A stretch of DNA of 64,000 bases from an uncultured Planctomycetia bacterium (GTDB lineage Bacteria > Omnitrophota > Gorgyraeia > Tantalellales > Tantalellaceae). Shown here piece by piece: positions 9,572 through 18,716 of the stretch (positions are counted from its first letter, which is position 1; the number at the start of each line of letters is the position of its first letter). The stretch lies in assembly GCA_964527765.1 (NCBI GenBank), contig CAZGQR010000001.1, positions 118,353 through 182,352 of the forward strand, in the 5' to 3' direction. The notes beneath the pieces are model-generated. The model ran no database searches. It was not told the origin of the DNA and worked only from the letters and a program-made list of their open reading frames with translations. Both the position numbers and the translations under genes were made by a program.

Positions 9572-11119
9572 TCAATGCTCCTCGATGGTGACATCTTCGA
9601 TATGCAGCGACCTGTCCTCTTTGAGCTCTATCTTGCACCTGTGCCTGCGCTGGATATCGCTCAGCATCCTGGCCTGGTCCGACACCAGGGCCGCGTTGAT
9701 GTCCGGATGCAGCGTGACGCTGATATGCTTGCGGCTCTTGACGCTCTTGCCGAGCAGGTTATCCATCCTGCGCACGGCCTCGATCGCTATGGTCTCCACG
9801 CTCTTTATCATGCCCTTGCCGCCGCAGTAAGGACATTCCACATGGGCGGAGCTTTCCAGGCTCTTGCGCATCCGCTGCCGCGTCATCTCCACCACGCCGA
9901 ACTGGGACATCCCGCGCAGGCTGATACGCGCCTTGTCGTCACGCAATTTCTGCTGCAGAAAATGAAAAAGTTTATCGCGGTGATCCTTGCGTTCCATGTC
10001 TATGAAATCTACTATAATTATGCCGCCGATGTCCCTCAATATGAACTGTTTGGGTATTTCTTCCGCGGCTTCCATGTTCGTTTTGAAAGCGGTCTCTTCC
10101 AGGCTCCTCTTGCCCACAAAGCTGCCGGTGTTCACGTCTATTACGACCACCCCTTCTGTCTGTTCTATGACAAGATAGCCGCCGCTCTTGAGGCCGACCT
10201 TCCTTTCAAATATCTCATCGATCTTCTTGTCCAGATTATATTTTTCGAACAGGGGCGTCCGGCCGGTGTACAACTTAACCTTTTTCCTCAGCGAGGGCAT
10301 GAACGCTTTCAGGAATTTCATGATCCGGGCATATTCATCTTTCGAATCGACGACAAGCCGGGTAACGTCCTCGGTAAAGATGTCCCTGATCATGCGCAGC
10401 ACGATCCCGTATTCTTCGTATACCGTCACGGGAGCGGTCTGTCTTTCGGCCCTCGATTTTATCCGTTCCCACAGGTTCAGCAGATACCTGAGCTCACCCC
10501 GAAGTTCTTCTTCCGTCCTCTTTTCCGCCACGGTTCTCACGATACAACCGACCTTATCGATAAAGTTCATCTTGTTCAATATGTCGCGTATCCTTTTCCT
10601 CTCCGCTTTGTCCGTTATGCGGCGGGATATCCCTATGCTCTTGTCATGCGGGGTAAGGACCAGGTACCTTCCGGGAAGACTTATGTAAGTGGTGAGCCTG
10701 GACCCCTTGGTCCCCATCGCTTCTTTCACGACCTGGACCATGATCTCCTCGCCCATCTTCAGGATGTCCTTTATCCTGGGCTGGGCTTCCTTTTTACCTG
10801 TCTTGAAAGCGGCTTCATCCTCATCGGGCAGCATCTCCCTGAGCACGGAACTCTTGTCCACAACGTCGCTAACGTGAAGAAAGCCGTTCTTGTCCAGCCC
10901 GATATCGACAAAAGCGGCTTCGATCCCGGGAAGGATGGAAGTCACGCGCCCTTTATAAATACTCCCGGCATAATGCTCAAGGCTTTTTCTTTCCATGAAA
11001 AAATCCGTCAGAATGCCGTTATCCAGGATGGCGACGCGTTTCTCGATAGGGCTTATATTGACCAGTATCTCCCTGCCGGCACCTGTCTGCTTTTCTTCTC
11101 TTGCGCGTTTTCTTGTCAT
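9572..11119 (-). CDS. rng: Ribonuclease G (RNase E/G family, S1 domain plus catalytic domain)
   Basis: 515 aa; S1 domain (YKGRVTSILPGIEAAFVDIG), RNase E/G catalytic core; the size fits RNase G. Confidence 0.85.
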   Translation of the reverse strand: MTRKRAREEKQTGAGREILVNISPIEKRVAILDNGILTDFFMERKSLEHYAGSIYKGRVTSILPGIEAAFVDIGLDKNGFLHVSDVVDKSSVLREMLPDEDEAAFKTGKKEAQPRIKDILKMGEEIMVQVVKEAMGTKGSRLTTYISLPGRYLVLTPHDKSIGISRRITDKAERKRIRDILNKMNFIDKVGCIVRTVAEKRTEEELRGELRYLLNLWERIKSRAERQTAPVTVYEEYGIVLRMIRDIFTEDVTRLVVDSKDEYARIMKFLKAFMPSLRKKVKLYTGRTPLFEKYNLDKKIDEIFERKVGLKSGGYLVIEQTEGVVVIDVNTGSFVGKRSLEETAFKTNMEAAEEIPKQFILRDIGGIIIVDFIDMERKDHRDKLFHFLQQKLRDDKARISLRGMSQFGVVEMTRQRMRKSLESSAHVECPYCGGKGMIKSVETIAIEAVRRMDNLLGKSVKSRKHISVTLHPDINAALVSDQARMLSDIQRRHRCKIELKEDRSLHIEDVTIEEH

Positions 11120-11306
11120 TTATGTTCGTCCTTTCTATGCGCGGCTCTAAGTAGGAGCTCCTTTAAAGGTGCCCTCACAAGCCACAGACTGCTTAAATGA
11201 AGGTTGCGGGAGAGAATACAGAGGGGGATAAAAAATATCTGACCGGCGAAATTATTAAAAACTCTGTGATCCCCCTTGTTTCTTCGGCTTCTCTCCTTTG
11301 CCTTCT

Positions 11307-13109
11307 TTACTTCTCTGTTTCTTTTTTACTCTTCTTCCTGAAATCCAGGAACGGCTTGTACGTCTTCTTCTCTTCCACCGCACCGACGGACATCACCGGA
11401 ACATCTACCTGCTCCTCGGAAACCTTTAACCTTCCCGTCTTGATAACAGGAGTCGTCCTTTCCTCTTCTTTTTCGCTGCTTTCGGACTCTTGCTCTTTTT
11501 CCCGCACAAAATACTGATCATATTGCTTGATCGTTCCTGATTTTCTGATGGAATCCATACCGTCCTTGACAAGATAGACCGTGACAAAAAATACGATCTC
11601 GGTCCTCCTGACATCCTCCGCTTCATACCTGAAGGCGTTCCCCAGAACGGGTATCCCGCCGAAAAGGTCGCCGAGTATGGGGAACTTGTTGTCCGTTTTC
11701 GTTACATTCTTTCTGATAAGACCCCCGAGAAAGATCGTCTCCCCGTCCTTGACCCTTATGATCGTATTCGCCTCTCTTGAGCTGAATGTCAGAGAATACG
11801 TGGTTATGCCTCCGACGCCGCCGATGGGAAGCACTGTAAAACCTTGATCGGTAGAGACTTCGGGAAGAAGATTCACGGAAATATCACCTTCCTTGTTGAC
11901 ATGGGGTATCACTACCAGCTTCACGCCGACCTCTCTTGCCTCCGCTTCATCCTCGAACTCCACGGTGACGGTCCTCGCCGCTTCCGTGCTCTCTATCGAC
12001 TTCTGAAGCATTATCTTATCTATCACCTTTATGGTGGCTTTCTGGTTGTTCAAAGTGGTGATACGCGGGCTTGAAAGTATTTCGGTATCGCCTCTTTGTT
12101 CCAGCAGACTTAATGTCGCCGTAAAAGTGCTGAAGTCAAGCGTGCCGTAAGCAAAGAGGGAACCCACCGTTGGGGTGGTAGATAGGGGCAGAGTCACAAG
12201 TGTTGTAATATCAATAGGAGGAAAACCCGCGTTCGATTCGCCAAGAGTGCCCGTAGGATAAAACTTGCTCTGCGTGCCGGGCAGCCACTGAAGCAGCCCG
12301 GTATTTGTAAAAGGGAACGTTGTCGGTCTTCTTGCCCCGGCCGCCGAGATGACCGCGTTCCAGTCTATACCGAAACGTTCGTCTTCCGTAAGCGTGATCT
12401 CAACGACCTTCGCGTCAAGTATGACCTGGGGGGTCCTTTTATCGATCTTGGCGACCATGTTCTTGATATCTACTATCCGGGCGGGGATCGCCGTCACCAC
12501 TATGGCGTTGACGCTCGAAATAAATGTTGCCTTTTCGCCCCTTCCCGTGTTGAGGATCGAAGTGATCGCATCCATCAGCTGCTGGATGCTCTCTTCCTTC
12601 TCCTCCACCAGTATCTCTTCCCCCTCTTCTTCTTTTTTCAGTTCTATCTCGCGTATGAGGTTATTCAGGGATATGACCTCGGTCACGGGCTCTTCGGCCT
12701 GGAGCTGGTCCCTGGGCATCACCCTTATGATGCCCTGCTCTTCATCGCGTGAATACACGAAACCGTAGTTCCTTGTCACGATATCAAGGGCGACTTCCCA
12801 GGGCTTGTTCCGGAGCCGCATGGTGACATTGCCTTCCACGCCGGGGGAGGGAACGATATCCACGCCGCTCACCTCGGACAGGTAGTGCAGGATCGTTTTG
12901 ATGTCAACGTCCCTGAAATTCACCGTCACGTTGCCCGGATCCGGCAAAGGCCGCTCTATCTCCTCTTCGAAAATGGCCGTCCCGGTAGTGCCGGCAGGCG
13001 AAGCAGGCATCTGAGCGCGGGCGTCGACACACATCAGTGAACTTGCGAAAACGATCATGGTAAGCACGGCAAAGATCCTTACCGTCCGGCCTGACTTTTT
13101 TATATTCAT
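11307..13109 (-). CDS. pilQ: Type IV pilus secretin PilQ
   Basis: Signal peptide, secretin_N repeats, C-terminal secretin domain (...FPILGDLFGGIPVLGNAFR...); downstream of pilMNOP. Confidence 0.85.
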   Translation of the reverse strand: MNIKKSGRTVRIFAVLTMIVFASSLMCVDARAQMPASPAGTTGTAIFEEEIERPLPDPGNVTVNFRDVDIKTILHYLSEVSGVDIVPSPGVEGNVTMRLRNKPWEVALDIVTRNYGFVYSRDEEQGIIRVMPRDQLQAEEPVTEVISLNNLIREIELKKEEEGEEILVEEKEESIQQLMDAITSILNTGRGEKATFISSVNAIVVTAIPARIVDIKNMVAKIDKRTPQVILDAKVVEITLTEDERFGIDWNAVISAAGARRPTTFPFTNTGLLQWLPGTQSKFYPTGTLGESNAGFPPIDITTLVTLPLSTTPTVGSLFAYGTLDFSTFTATLSLLEQRGDTEILSSPRITTLNNQKATIKVIDKIMLQKSIESTEAARTVTVEFEDEAEAREVGVKLVVIPHVNKEGDISVNLLPEVSTDQGFTVLPIGGVGGITTYSLTFSSREANTIIRVKDGETIFLGGLIRKNVTKTDNKFPILGDLFGGIPVLGNAFRYEAEDVRRTEIVFFVTVYLVKDGMDSIRKSGTIKQYDQYFVREKEQESESSEKEEERTTPVIKTGRLKVSEEQVDVPVMSVGAVEEKKTYKPFLDFRKKSKKETEK

Positions 13110-13119
13110 CGGTCCTCCT

Positions 13120-13530
13120 TTATTCTCCTGAAATCCCGTATTCCTTTTCGTAAAGTTTTTTCTCGAATCGCTCGTCGCCTATCTTTATCTTCACGACATT
13201 ATCACCGATGGATTCGACGGTCAATCTCCCCACCTCGTCACCTTCCCGCAGGACTTCGCCGTTGATGATAACACTGCGCGCGCCGTCAGGCTCGACCGTA
13301 ACGCCCTGGAACACAACATCGTCTATCGTAAGTATCCCCCATACGCCCTCTCCCGATCTTTCGCTTGAAACGCCGACGAGCGGCACGAAAGGATCCCTGC
13401 GGCCGGCAGAACTGTACGCGTAAGAAACGCCCGTGGTGCAAAGGCAGCTCATGCACGCCAGGACCGCGGCCGCCATGGCACATAAAAACACCGAACCCGC
13501 ACTATTTCTTTTCATCCTCGACCGCCACAT
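13120..13530 (-). CDS. pilP: Type IV pilus assembly lipoprotein PilP
   Basis: 136 aa; signal/lipobox region, RDPFVPL motif, position between pilO and pilQ. Confidence 0.6.
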   Translation of the reverse strand: MWRSRMKRNSAGSVFLCAMAAAVLACMSCLCTTGVSYAYSSAGRRDPFVPLVGVSSERSGEGVWGILTIDDVVFQGVTVEPDGARSVIINGEVLREGDEVGRLTVESIGDNVVKIKIGDERFEKKLYEKEYGISGE

Positions 13531-14155
13531 AGGTCTTCAAGACCATGTTTATATCGTGCTTCCTTGGAAAGTTTCTGTCATACTGTATCCGCAGATCCTC
13601 GATCGTGATAAACCGTTCCTGTTTTTCAAGATTGCTTATAAAAGACCCGAGTTGGTGATATCCGCTTTTTGCGGTTATTACCACGGGCATCTCACGATAA
13701 AAGCCGCCGCCTTTTTCTCCCGCCTCGGCGATCTTAAGCTTAGAAGGGGTTATGCTTAATATCCTTACATCGGATGTTCTGGCTATCGACGAGAGTTTTT
13801 CAAGGAATTCGGGCACTTCTTTCTGGTCGGGAAGTCCTTTGGAATATCCTTCCAGCTCCTTCCTTCCCGCTTTTAGCTGTTCCATCATCTTGTCAAGCTG
13901 TTTGATGCGCCCATTTACTTTATCGATCGCGTCATTAAGGTCACTGACTTCTCTGGAAGCATTGGACAGCGCATAAAGCCCGGGGATAATGGCGAAGGTC
14001 GTATACAAAAGCGCAAAGATCACTATGCCGCCCAAAATGGCATACATCCTGGACTGTTCGTCTTTCAAAAATTCTTTTATCCTGTCCGGGGTCTGGGATT
14101 CCAGAAACTCTTTTATCTTGTCCGGCGTTATCGTCCTTGGGTCTATCATCTTCAT
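13502..14155 (-). CDS. pilO: Type IV pilus assembly protein PilO
   Basis: 217 aa bitopic protein with a TM helix then a coiled coil; position between pilN and pilP. Confidence 0.7.
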   Translation of the reverse strand: MKMIDPRTITPDKIKEFLESQTPDRIKEFLKDEQSRMYAILGGIVIFALLYTTFAIIPGLYALSNASREVSDLNDAIDKVNGRIKQLDKMMEQLKAGRKELEGYSKGLPDQKEVPEFLEKLSSIARTSDVRILSITPSKLKIAEAGEKGGGFYREMPVVITAKSGYHQLGSFISNLEKQERFITIEDLRIQYDRNFPRKHDINMVLKTYVAVEDEKK

Positions 14156-14829
14156 CTTCTTCTCCGCGGCGCCCTTTGGGCAGCTTTGGGTTTTTCGCTT
14201 TTAGCTTGAACGGCCTCTGACTTTTTGAACCGGCAGTTCAACCTGAACATCATAGCCTCTTCACCGGCGATCTGGAGATTCCTCATATCTTCCAGCTCTA
14301 TATCTTCAAAGTAGACCGAAAATCCTTTATTCCTTTTCAGGCTGGTGATAAATTTCGCCACAAGAGATGTTGTTTCCTCGCTTTTTCCAAGAGCATAACC
14401 GGTAATATCCAGCCTGACGGGAGAGCTGCTGATCTTCTGGCCCTTGCCTCCCTTTTCGCGGAATTTCACCTCAAAATCAGAGAGCCAGATATTCGGGATC
14501 ACTGCTTGATTCAGCCCCGTTAAGAGCTGTGACCAATCCAGGCCCGGTTTGGCTATTCTTTTTATAGCCCGGATCCTTTCCTGAAATTCATCGATCCCTT
14601 TGGTGATTTTTTCTGTCTTCTCCCTTTGCGGCTGCATCTGGTCCCACTTTTCCCTGAGCGATATCGAAAGATCACGTTTATTTTTTACAAGCAGTATCAC
14701 CCACAGGTGAATAACGATCAGGGCTCCTGCCACGCACACCGCTATAGGCAGCACCGGTATCTTGAGCGCCGGCTCCGCGCGTTTTTTCTTTTTTCTGAGT
14801 TCTGCGGGTAACAAGTTAAGTTCTATCAT
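14152..14829 (-). CDS. pilN: Type IV pilus assembly protein PilN
   Basis: Starts MIELNLLP (the INLLP motif of PilN), single TM; follows pilM. Confidence 0.7.
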   Translation of the reverse strand: MIELNLLPAELRKKKKRAEPALKIPVLPIAVCVAGALIVIHLWVILLVKNKRDLSISLREKWDQMQPQREKTEKITKGIDEFQERIRAIKRIAKPGLDWSQLLTGLNQAVIPNIWLSDFEVKFREKGGKGQKISSSPVRLDITGYALGKSEETTSLVAKFITSLKRNKGFSVYFEDIELEDMRNLQIAGEEAMMFRLNCRFKKSEAVQAKSEKPKAAQRAPRRRR

Positions 14830-14865
14830 GATCTCACAAAACCTTTGCTGCTTGCTTCATGCGGC

Positions 14866-15882
14866 TTAACTCCTGAGCGCAAGCCCTATGCTGACGGCAA
14901 GCTGGGATGCGACCGAGTCTATATCCTGCTTTGAAAGATTTTCGGAAATATTTATGCCGTCAGCCGGGTTCCATTTCTGCACCTGGGTCCCCAGTTTCTC
15001 GCTAAGATAGTCGACCACGCCTTTTTGATAGCTCATACCGCCGGAACAGTAAATGGCGCTGACCCCCTCATTATACCTGTTCTCAAAATAGCCGAAGGAA
15101 AGCTGCATTTCCTTGATCAGGTCATCAAGGACCTGGGCAGTGGCCTGGGCAATGACCTCCTTATCCGCTTTTCCGATCCCCAATTTGTGCTCTTCGGCCT
15201 TTTCCGGAGAAACGGACAGACTGTCACGGATCGCTTCCGTGACGTCTTTGCCCCCTATCTGTATCTGTCTCATGAAACACGGAAGCTTGCCGATCGTGAT
15301 CAGCACATCGGTCTGTGAATGCCCGAGATCCAGGAACGCGTTACCTTTATCCTCCAGCGACGGCTTGGACTCGATAAAGGCATTGAACATCGCAAAGGGA
15401 TCGGAATCTATGATATTGACCGTTATCCCCAGTCTTTCGATCGTCCCTACCAGGGCCTCGATGGGCTTAAGTTTAGCCGCGGCCAAAAGCACCCTCATCT
15501 GGCCGGCTTCAGGAGCATCCCCGAGGATAAGAAAGTCCAGGACCACTTCGTTGATGTTAAAAGGTATATGCTTTTCAGCCTCAAATTTAAGGGCGTTCTT
15601 AAGCTGTTCTTTGCTCATTTTGGGAAGGGTTATAAACCGGACGATCACATCGGGCCCGGATATTGACAGATTCACTCTTTCCGGATAAAGGTCGACCTCA
15701 TCGAGAGTTTCTTTTATAAGCTGTTCCAGGTTTGTGTCTTTCGCTCCAGGGGGGATCTTCTTGATGTTATACGCGGTAAGCGTATTCTTCTCGGGATCTT
15801 TTTCGATGGAAACGGCTTTTATGGAATAAGTTCCGATATCAAGCCCGACCGATTTCTCTTTTACCTTACCTAGTTTTATCAT
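14866..15882 (-). CDS. pilM: Type IV pilus assembly protein PilM (actin-like ATPase fold)
   Basis: 338 aa; GLDIGTYSIK actin-fold phosphate-1 motif; first gene of pilMNOPQ. Confidence 0.85.
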   Translation of the reverse strand: MIKLGKVKEKSVGLDIGTYSIKAVSIEKDPEKNTLTAYNIKKIPPGAKDTNLEQLIKETLDEVDLYPERVNLSISGPDVIVRFITLPKMSKEQLKNALKFEAEKHIPFNINEVVLDFLILGDAPEAGQMRVLLAAAKLKPIEALVGTIERLGITVNIIDSDPFAMFNAFIESKPSLEDKGNAFLDLGHSQTDVLITIGKLPCFMRQIQIGGKDVTEAIRDSLSVSPEKAEEHKLGIGKADKEVIAQATAQVLDDLIKEMQLSFGYFENRYNEGVSAIYCSGGMSYQKGVVDYLSEKLGTQVQKWNPADGINISENLSKQDIDSVASQLAVSIGLALRS

Positions 15883-16043
15883 TGTGAGAAATAAATGCTT
15901 TAAACATGAAAATTCGCTGCGTCTTATATATATTTTACGCGCTAAGCATATATATTAATCAAAGGTTATCATACCATTGTGCCGTTGTCAAGCAAGGGCG
16001 GGTTTTAAAAGGCAGGATTAGAAAGGTTGGCTAAGAAAACAGC

Positions 16044-18020
16044 TTAAATTCCGCCTTCTGACCTCATCTTCCGCAACAGTTCCAAAGCGGGCTCGAACTC
16101 CGGATCGACCATAACGGCTTTCCTGAGCCACTTCTCCGCTTCCTGCTTCTGGCCGTCTATCAGAAAAACATATCCGAGGTTGTAAAAAGCCAGGGGTTTT
16201 TCCGGATAAAGCCGTGTAGCTTCCAGATAGTATACCGCGCCTTCCCTGAGTCCGCCCGATCGCGTATATGCTGTCCCGAGATTGACCAGGGAATCGTAAT
16301 CGTAGGGATCGATCTTTTTTGCCCTCTTTGTCGCCTCGAGGGCTTTTGTATTTTTCCCTGCCCTTGAATAGGCCGTTCCGAGAATAAGAAAAGCTTCGGA
16401 ATGCTTTGGGCTGATCCTGACCACGCGCTCCAGATACTCTATTCCCCTGTGGTCTTCCCCTCTTGCAAAAGCCACCAGCGCCAATCCCGTATAACCGTTA
16501 AAATGCGTTCTGTCAATATCGAGGACCTTTCTGAAAGCCCGCTCCGCTTCATCGATATTACCGGCCGCAAGCTCCCACCGGCCTTTTAAATACCATGCCT
16601 CCGGATCCGTGGGATCGGCCTTCACGTATGCGTCCATATTATCCAGAGACTGCGCAATGCTGCCGGCCTCCCTGGCTGAAAGCATCTTGTAATACCTGGC
16701 GGCGTCATCCTGCTCTGAGAACTTCAGCACCCGGTCGCTCAGGGACATATCGCTGCGCCAGTATTTATTCTGCACTACCGTAGCGGTTGAATAAAAGATC
16801 ACCGCACAAAACATAAGCCCCGCAAGCGCGTATCTTGCAAGCGCCCCTTTTCGGCTGTAAATGCCGACAAAAGCCACGGACATAAAAAGAAACGCGCCGT
16901 AACCCGGCAGGTATACCCAGTGTTCCGCGAACACCTCAAAATATCCCGTCACAAAAACAAACGGTATAAGCGCCACTAAAAAGAACCACAATGAGAACAG
17001 CAATACTTTCAGATTTCTCCTGAGATGGAAAATAAGAAAAACGGCGCAAACGGCGGCGGCGGCCGAGATAAAAACTTCCGTTCCCGCAAGGTGAGTGCTC
17101 CTTCTCATGTGCAACCCCACCGGAAAAATAAGCAGCGAAAAAAAGGCTCCGGCCATATCGAGATACTTGACAAACATCGCCGGGAGCTCCCGGAAAGCAA
17201 TGATCCGGGAATATCTCTCTGCGAACAAAAAATAGTGCAGAGCCGCATATCCTCCCGCGAGAAGAAAGCCCGGGACATGACAGGCAAGATCGGCCATGGA
17301 CCTTCTCCTTAAGACCACTACCATCATAAAAAGAAGCAGCAGCGGAAAAACGATCGCCGCTTCCTTGGAAAGAAGCGAAAACCCTAAAAAAATGACGCTT
17401 GCCGCCAATAGTGGGTACTTCTTTTTCTCGGCAAACAGCACATGAAAGAACATGTATAAAAAACCGAAGAAAAAGAACAAAAGATCCGTCCTGCCGGAAA
17501 TATACGAGACCGCTCCCGCATGTGCGGGGTGGATCGCGAACAAAAGCGACGCAAGTAAGCCGGCAGCGGTTCCCCCGGTAAGTTTACGCGTCAGGAAAAA
17601 GACCAGGACACTGTTCAGGAAATGCAAAAAGACGTTCGAAAAGTGGAAGGCAAAAGGGTTCATTCCCCGCAGGTGATAATCCACGGCATAACTCAGTATC
17701 TGCACGGGCCTGTAATACATGGAATAAGTAAAAGAGGTGTTCAGCACATCCTGCTTGAACATTTGAAAAGACCACAGGGGAGCCCGGACAAGGGGGCTGC
17801 GGACGATCAGAAACTCATCATCCCATATGAATCCCGCATCAAGGATATTGCCGTAACATGCCGCCACAGCGGCAAAAAGAAGCAGGATTATCAAGATCGC
17901 TTCTTTCCGCTTCCGTCCTTCGGATCTTTCCGGATCTATCCCGGGAATTCGCGCGGCGCCTGCCGCCGGCACACGTGCATGCATGGCTAATAAGATAACA
18001 TGCGGGGCTTTCAAATACAA
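16044..18020 (-). CDS. Polytopic GT-C-fold membrane protein (PMT_2/TMTC-like glycosyltransferase) with C-terminal TPR repeats
   Basis: Multiple TM helices, FIWDDEF and YRP..LSY motifs characteristic of PMT_2/TMTC-like enzymes, about 200 aa of TPR at the C-terminus. Confidence 0.5.
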   Translation of the reverse strand: MYLKAPHVILLAMHARVPAAGAARIPGIDPERSEGRKRKEAILIILLLFAAVAACYGNILDAGFIWDDEFLIVRSPLVRAPLWSFQMFKQDVLNTSFTYSMYYRPVQILSYAVDYHLRGMNPFAFHFSNVFLHFLNSVLVFFLTRKLTGGTAAGLLASLLFAIHPAHAGAVSYISGRTDLLFFFFGFLYMFFHVLFAEKKKYPLLAASVIFLGFSLLSKEAAIVFPLLLLFMMVVVLRRRSMADLACHVPGFLLAGGYAALHYFLFAERYSRIIAFRELPAMFVKYLDMAGAFFSLLIFPVGLHMRRSTHLAGTEVFISAAAAVCAVFLIFHLRRNLKVLLFSLWFFLVALIPFVFVTGYFEVFAEHWVYLPGYGAFLFMSVAFVGIYSRKGALARYALAGLMFCAVIFYSTATVVQNKYWRSDMSLSDRVLKFSEQDDAARYYKMLSAREAGSIAQSLDNMDAYVKADPTDPEAWYLKGRWELAAGNIDEAERAFRKVLDIDRTHFNGYTGLALVAFARGEDHRGIEYLERVVRISPKHSEAFLILGTAYSRAGKNTKALEATKRAKKIDPYDYDSLVNLGTAYTRSGGLREGAVYYLEATRLYPEKPLAFYNLGYVFLIDGQKQEAEKWLRKAVMVDPEFEPALELLRKMRSEGGI

Positions 18021-18083
18021 GCCTTATCATGAAATCAAATTGCAAACCGGGGCATAAGTGCGCTCCGGCATGGATAATAATAT

Positions 18084-18128
18084 AAAAAAAAGGGGGGCTG
18101 CCATAGATCGTTGCCCCCCTTTTTTTTC
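18084..18128 (-). terminator. Rho-independent (bidirectional) terminator downstream of the major pilin gene
   Basis: A8 - GGGGGGC - 14-nt loop - GCCCCCC - T9 (7-bp GC stem flanked by A and T runs) immediately 3' of the pilin ORF. Confidence 0.75.
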
Positions 18129-18155
18129 GTTCACGCCTGTTGAATGCTACCCCTC

Positions 18156-18521
18156 TTACGGTGTCAGAGTATGACCCGAAACGGTACATGTGGGAGTCGC
18201 ATTTACCTGAATACCAGCGACGACATCATACGTGCCCCCTGCGGGACAGCTCGGCGTCGACTTGATATAATCAGACACAAGGTCCGCCATCGTGACTGTA
18301 TCGGTTGAAGATTTGTTCTCGTCCAGAGCCCAGAGTGTCATGGCTCCGTCGATCTGCTTCAGGTTCGCGATACAGGCATTCGTCTGCGCATTTTCTCGGG
18401 CTTTCATGAAGTTAGGTATTGCTATTGCGGCTAACAGACCTATAATTGCGACTACGATCATGATTTCAACAAGAGTGAAACCGCCTTTACCCATAAATTT
18501 TCGCATCTTCATCTTTCTCAC
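18156..18521 (-). CDS. pilA: Major type IV pilin (PilA-like)
   Basis: Leader MRKMKMRKFMGKG then FTLVEIMIVVAIIGLLAAIAIPNF (canonical N-methyl-Phe pilin helix), paired C-terminal cysteines, strong terminator. Confidence 0.8.
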   Translation of the reverse strand: MRKMKMRKFMGKGGFTLVEIMIVVAIIGLLAAIAIPNFMKARENAQTNACIANLKQIDGAMTLWALDENKSSTDTVTMADLVSDYIKSTPSCPAGGTYDVVAGIQVNATPTCTVSGHTLTP

Positions 18522-18638
18522 CTCCTTTCAAAGAACAGATTTGAGAGACTGGACCTTACCCGCCCCTCAGTTTAAGTATACCCAAGCATCTTTCGAAATG
18601 CAAATATAGGGCGGATAACAATATCTGCCTTTTGTTTT

Positions 18639-18710
18639 ACTACTCAGGTGATCAACAATCAGGCTGTTTGCCATGCTCCGCACGGGAAGGATCCGCACCG
18701 GGCGGAGGGG
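18639..18710. repeat. About 72-nt intergenic repeat element, copy A (pilC-pilA intergenic); about 80% identical to copy B at 45017
   Basis: Direct comparison: actactcaggtgatcaacaatcaggctgtttgccatgctccgcacgggaaggatccgcaccgggcggagggg versus 45017..45088. Confidence 0.6.
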
Positions 18711-18716
18711 TTTTCT

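Noticed and set aside
9488-11200. 570-aa plus-strand ORF
   Set aside because: Antisense shadow of rng. It has a low-complexity, Leu/Pro/His-rich translation and no start context. The minus-strand frame encodes a clear RNase G.
11120-11306. gggggat ... atccccc inverted repeat between pilQ and rng considered as a terminator
   Set aside because: The stem is 7 bp with a roughly 40-nt loop and no flanking U-tract. It is too weak to call.
18639-18710. 72-nt element considered as a tRNA or tRNA fragment because of its length
   Set aside because: No acceptor-stem pairing between the ends, no T-loop (GTTCRA) or anticodon-arm geometry on either strand. It is treated as a repeat instead.
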